DNA of 64,000 bases, taken from NCBI GenBank assembly GCA_051532055.1, contig JAOPTX010000003.1, positions 89,064 through 153,063 of the forward strand. The letters run 5' to 3'. Positions 62,301 through 64,000 of the stretch are shown here, in pieces; positions within the stretch are counted from its first letter, which is position 1; every line of letters starts with the position of its first letter. Under the pieces are notes generated by a model. That model had not been told where the DNA came from. It worked only from the letters and a program-made list of their open reading frames with translations, and searched no databases. The DNA is from Fibrobacterales bacterium (GTDB lineage Bacteria > Fibrobacterota > Fibrobacteria > Fibrobacterales > JAOPTW01). The position numbers and the translations under genes were made by a program.

Positions 62301-64000
62301 AACATAATCAATTATTCTGTTGACCGAATAGATGTGATGTATGAACGTCGTGAACAGTCTGGAATGGGAGGAAAAGAAGAGGGGACAGTTATTTTGGTTG
62401 GTGGGAATCACGAAGTTTTGATACCGATTCGACACCCTGGGGTTTATACATGGGGTAGGCCACATAATACAACAGCTGTTTTAGATGTTGTAGAGGCTCA
62501 AAGTCCAAATACATCTGGTAGTATATCTTTTTCTAAGGTAATAAATGCATCTGGTAATACCGATCCACATGTTCATGTTCAGACAGCGTCAAATTCCATC
62601 GCCTTAACTGGCCAAGTCTATGAAATACCTACTGCTCGATTAAAAGTTACTTTAAATGCATCAGTTGCACTTACTGATATTGCAGTTGATGTTGAAAGAT
62701 TAGATAGTGATGAAACAGATTTTACTGGATCATTTACACGAATCGTTAATGGCAGTTCCAATGAAATTTCACTGATTCTTATTCCTGGTCAATATAGAGT
62801 AGTGGTTAAAGCAAATGGTAGGAAGTTTTTTGGTGAAGTACAAACAACGATAATGAGTGGTGAAAATAAAGAAATAGAAGTTGATGAAGATCCGGATTTT
62901 ACAAGCCCAGTACAACAAACACCATATATAGGTGCTTCGGCATCTACTTGTTCTCCTGTAACCATCAATGGTTCGGTATATACTGATGGTACTGCAATAA
63001 CTACTTTGACTATGACAGAGGTTAATAATGGCAATATCGTATCCTTAGTACCTGTAGATGAAGGCGCTGATAGGTGGTCTTTTTCTTTACAAAATTACGT
63101 AGTCCAAAGCCCATTAAATAATAGGTCTGAATTATTGTTAACAGCCCAGCTTACTTCTGGATTAACGTTAACCAAGAGTCTATTTGCTTTTTCAGATAAT
63201 ATATTGCCTATTTTGAATATTGTGAGCCCGGTAGGAAGTAATATTATTGAACATAGTGCTACTGAAGTTACCCTTCAAGGGACCGTAACCAGTACTGGAA
63301 CACAAATTCAGAGACTTACAGTTAACAATAGTGAGGTTTCTTTTAGTTCAGGTGGATTATTTTCAGAAACATACCCATTGAATTTAGGCCCGAATACTTT
63401 TGATATTGAAGTGGAAACAATTTGTAATAATTCTACTCATTCCATTTCTGTTATTAAAAAATCTATTCCGAGAGCAGTTGTAGATTGTGATAAAATAAAA
63501 TTTTATGACATTGTTGGATATGCAATGCCTGCAGATGGCTCTGGGTCACATGATTTAGATGGTGATGCTCTTAATTATAGCTGGACTATTGATGGTCAGT
63601 CAAGTTTTCCTAACCAAAGTGATGTAACGTACACGGTGCCTAATAGAAATTTTGATGTTGCCTTAACGGTAACTGATGTAGATGGGAATTCGAATACTGC
63701 AGTATGTAACGCAACCCCTAAAGATCAAAAATTTAGTGGCGACTGTATGACAACAAAAACAATATGTGGAATAAACTATGAAGATGGGCCTCCCTATTCC
63801 AACATTTATATTCAAAATAAAGATAATGTTCTTTACTTCCTTTTAGAAACGTGTGGCGACATCCCATTTGAAAGTGATCAGTATGTCGAAATTAATTCTG
63901 ATAATTCTTCATCTGGCGAACCAGTAACAGGTGCTGATATAAGGGTGAAAATTGATCATTATAGAAGGGCACAGCCACCAGCAACAACAGAAAGTATTCT
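59325..64000 (+). CDS. Giant secreted protein (at least 1558 aa, 3' end outside window) with a duplicated module of about 620 aa ending in PKD domains
   Basis: Not in the supplied ORF track. I translated frame 3 from ATG 59325 (MLFKSITFILICSIVTTAQF, AAGG RBS) and met no stop up to 64000. PKD-like signatures DGAMSRDEDGLPNPLTYTWY and DGSGSHDLDGDALNYSWTIDG...LTVTDVDGNS. Confidence 0.8.
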   Translation, partial: MLFKSITFILICSIVTTAQFIIDEGTIRIVLSKEVNADYSEYFLKSENSTERNVQYSSPQITSQNIEEFIPINLSFNASEEIKVTEARKTSYNSTTNVIESYGKYVKPFILGRGDIESISLEPIKDIDMVGDINLNGICTEKVELILSTTSYFVDFYGGYHAITSYKKYTDAVSGTINFSFPSIPTGLSGFGIINARVKCGNNGYILADENELLSVRRDFSISTSLNVGSLNFNLAQASLGTADVSGTFGTLSGPETQTPQEQIFTLLNEKSTAAVFLNNKENISVDMVSNTYTTSIPVEMSGSTFIGYANYSWIDKNLNYGFSSDRKNKTSMYQFTVMDGGNEIVDLAPTYNGPSDYGMGRVNFENLDNTIDILSVKVGYIREATEFDGGEYGYTIIKNGDIGYFPIFHPGTYKWGIHTETTAKMTVEEKMYGNLNRHSIKTTGEITLSGGANNSSNDHTIDITTGGIPYLMEYSIPTGQASFWVESDNIAYSDLEVYVENAESKGLFTRQLVNVHAGVVTAVVTPGVYTGFVSALFNGKKVKVGEINFKVVAGDKILVSIKGSPVIDLAEPITSAGDGTCVSRNSFNVSGTVDGVSGEIIEIVGFEIYDGGTYGPEYQIPYTAAGTTQQPYLYTFSDVYSVIDVADEKVNFALKVKTDNKTSVIARTVMSDASIPLLAITDPLTPYTAATDQTSIRIKGHVTNSTSPITRGYATNGITTKGFNVGSGNNFEFPFPISSGLNSIEIKVENKCNESNVVQLEVTVPTAPQAIFNCQLAQETSIIGENMILDGAMSRDEDGLPNPLTYTWYKNNTPISGMTDASAFFPITVSTPSPIAMKLCVSDGLNTDCSADCSITPFEHDVTDYVDITGVIDDLTGPMISGNTIYTVASGEVKFLKVGSPEQESVNAIITAIPNYLATIQLPVSPTISQVIAYQELQWQDRNGNSGVLKDSWWEDLAKAPQIDPATNYIHDFTPTFNGEYDYLKGDIQFLNIINYSVDRIDVMYERREQSGMGGKEEGTVILVGGNHEVLIPIRHPGVYTWGRPHNTTAVLDVVEAQSPNTSGSISFSKVINASGNTDPHVHVQTASNSIALTGQVYEIPTARLKVTLNASVALTDIAVDVERLDSDETDFTGSFTRIVNGSSNEISLILIPGQYRVVVKANGRKFFGEVQTTIMSGENKEIEVDEDPDFTSPVQQTPYIGASASTCSPVTINGSVYTDGTAITTLTMTEVNNGNIVSLVPVDEGADRWSFSLQNYVVQSPLNNRSELLLTAQLTSGLTLTKSLFAFSDNILPILNIVSPVGSNIIEHSATEVTLQGTVTSTGTQIQRLTVNNSEVSFSSGGLFSETYPLNLGPNTFDIEVETICNNSTHSISVIKKSIPRAVVDCDKIKFYDIVGYAMPADGSGSHDLDGDALNYSWTIDGQSSFPNQSDVTYTVPNRNFDVALTVTDVDGNSNTAVCNATPKDQKFSGDCMTTKTICGINYEDGPPYSNIYIQNKDNVLYFLLETCGDIPFESDQYVEINSDNSSSGEPVTGADIRVKIDHYRRAQPPATTESI

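Overview
64-kb chromosomal window from a low-GC bacterium. Several markers point to the Fibrobacterota/FCB group: a TIGR02147-like protein next to a lipoprotein carrying the 'Fibrobacter succinogenes major paralogous domain' signature, a T9SS-like C-terminal tail, and many giant secreted repeat proteins. I recognised no rRNA, tRNA or CRISPR array. Layout, left to right: (i) 0.1-14.2 kb holds secreted and surface proteins: an M6 metalloprotease with three CBM-like modules, a discoidin protein, an SNase-like nuclease and a 2145-aa repeat protein. (ii) 14.5-27.9 kb holds twelve tightly packed minus-strand genes in two operons. One operon has a PNP/UDP nucleoside phosphorylase, an MtnA/eIF2B-like isomerase, a B12-radical SAM enzyme, a truncated eIF2B-like protein, a class II aldolase fused to SCP2, and an aldehyde dehydrogenase. 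The other has an aminotransferase, a GRAS-like Rossmann protein, a Cys-type alpha/beta hydrolase, two adenylating enzymes and an ACP. I rate this the best candidate for an undescribed small-molecule pathway. (iii) 28-39 kb holds a hybrid sensor kinase, a 1391-aa SNF2 ATPase and an overlapping solute-binding-protein/histidine-kinase pair. (iv) 39.4-47.2 kb is an array of short, unrelated, co-oriented ORFs: Phd/ParE, a HEPN-like protein, an RDD protein, lipoproteins and pseudogenes. These are punctuated by several repeat families and by imperfect palindromes with RYYYAAC/GTTRRRY-like ends sitting directly after stop codons. This looks like an integron-type cassette array, but no integrase is in the window. 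(v) 47.2-52.6 kb holds a translationally coupled OMPLA-like/PLD pair, a GC-rich island about 180 nt long full of tetraloop hairpins (candidate structured RNA), and two divergent paralogous genes of unknown function. (vi) 53.1-64 kb is an operon of three giant secreted proteins. The last one (59325 to beyond 64000) is absent from the supplied ORF track because it runs off the window. All functional calls rest on motifs read by eye. No HMM, BLAST or folding run was possible.
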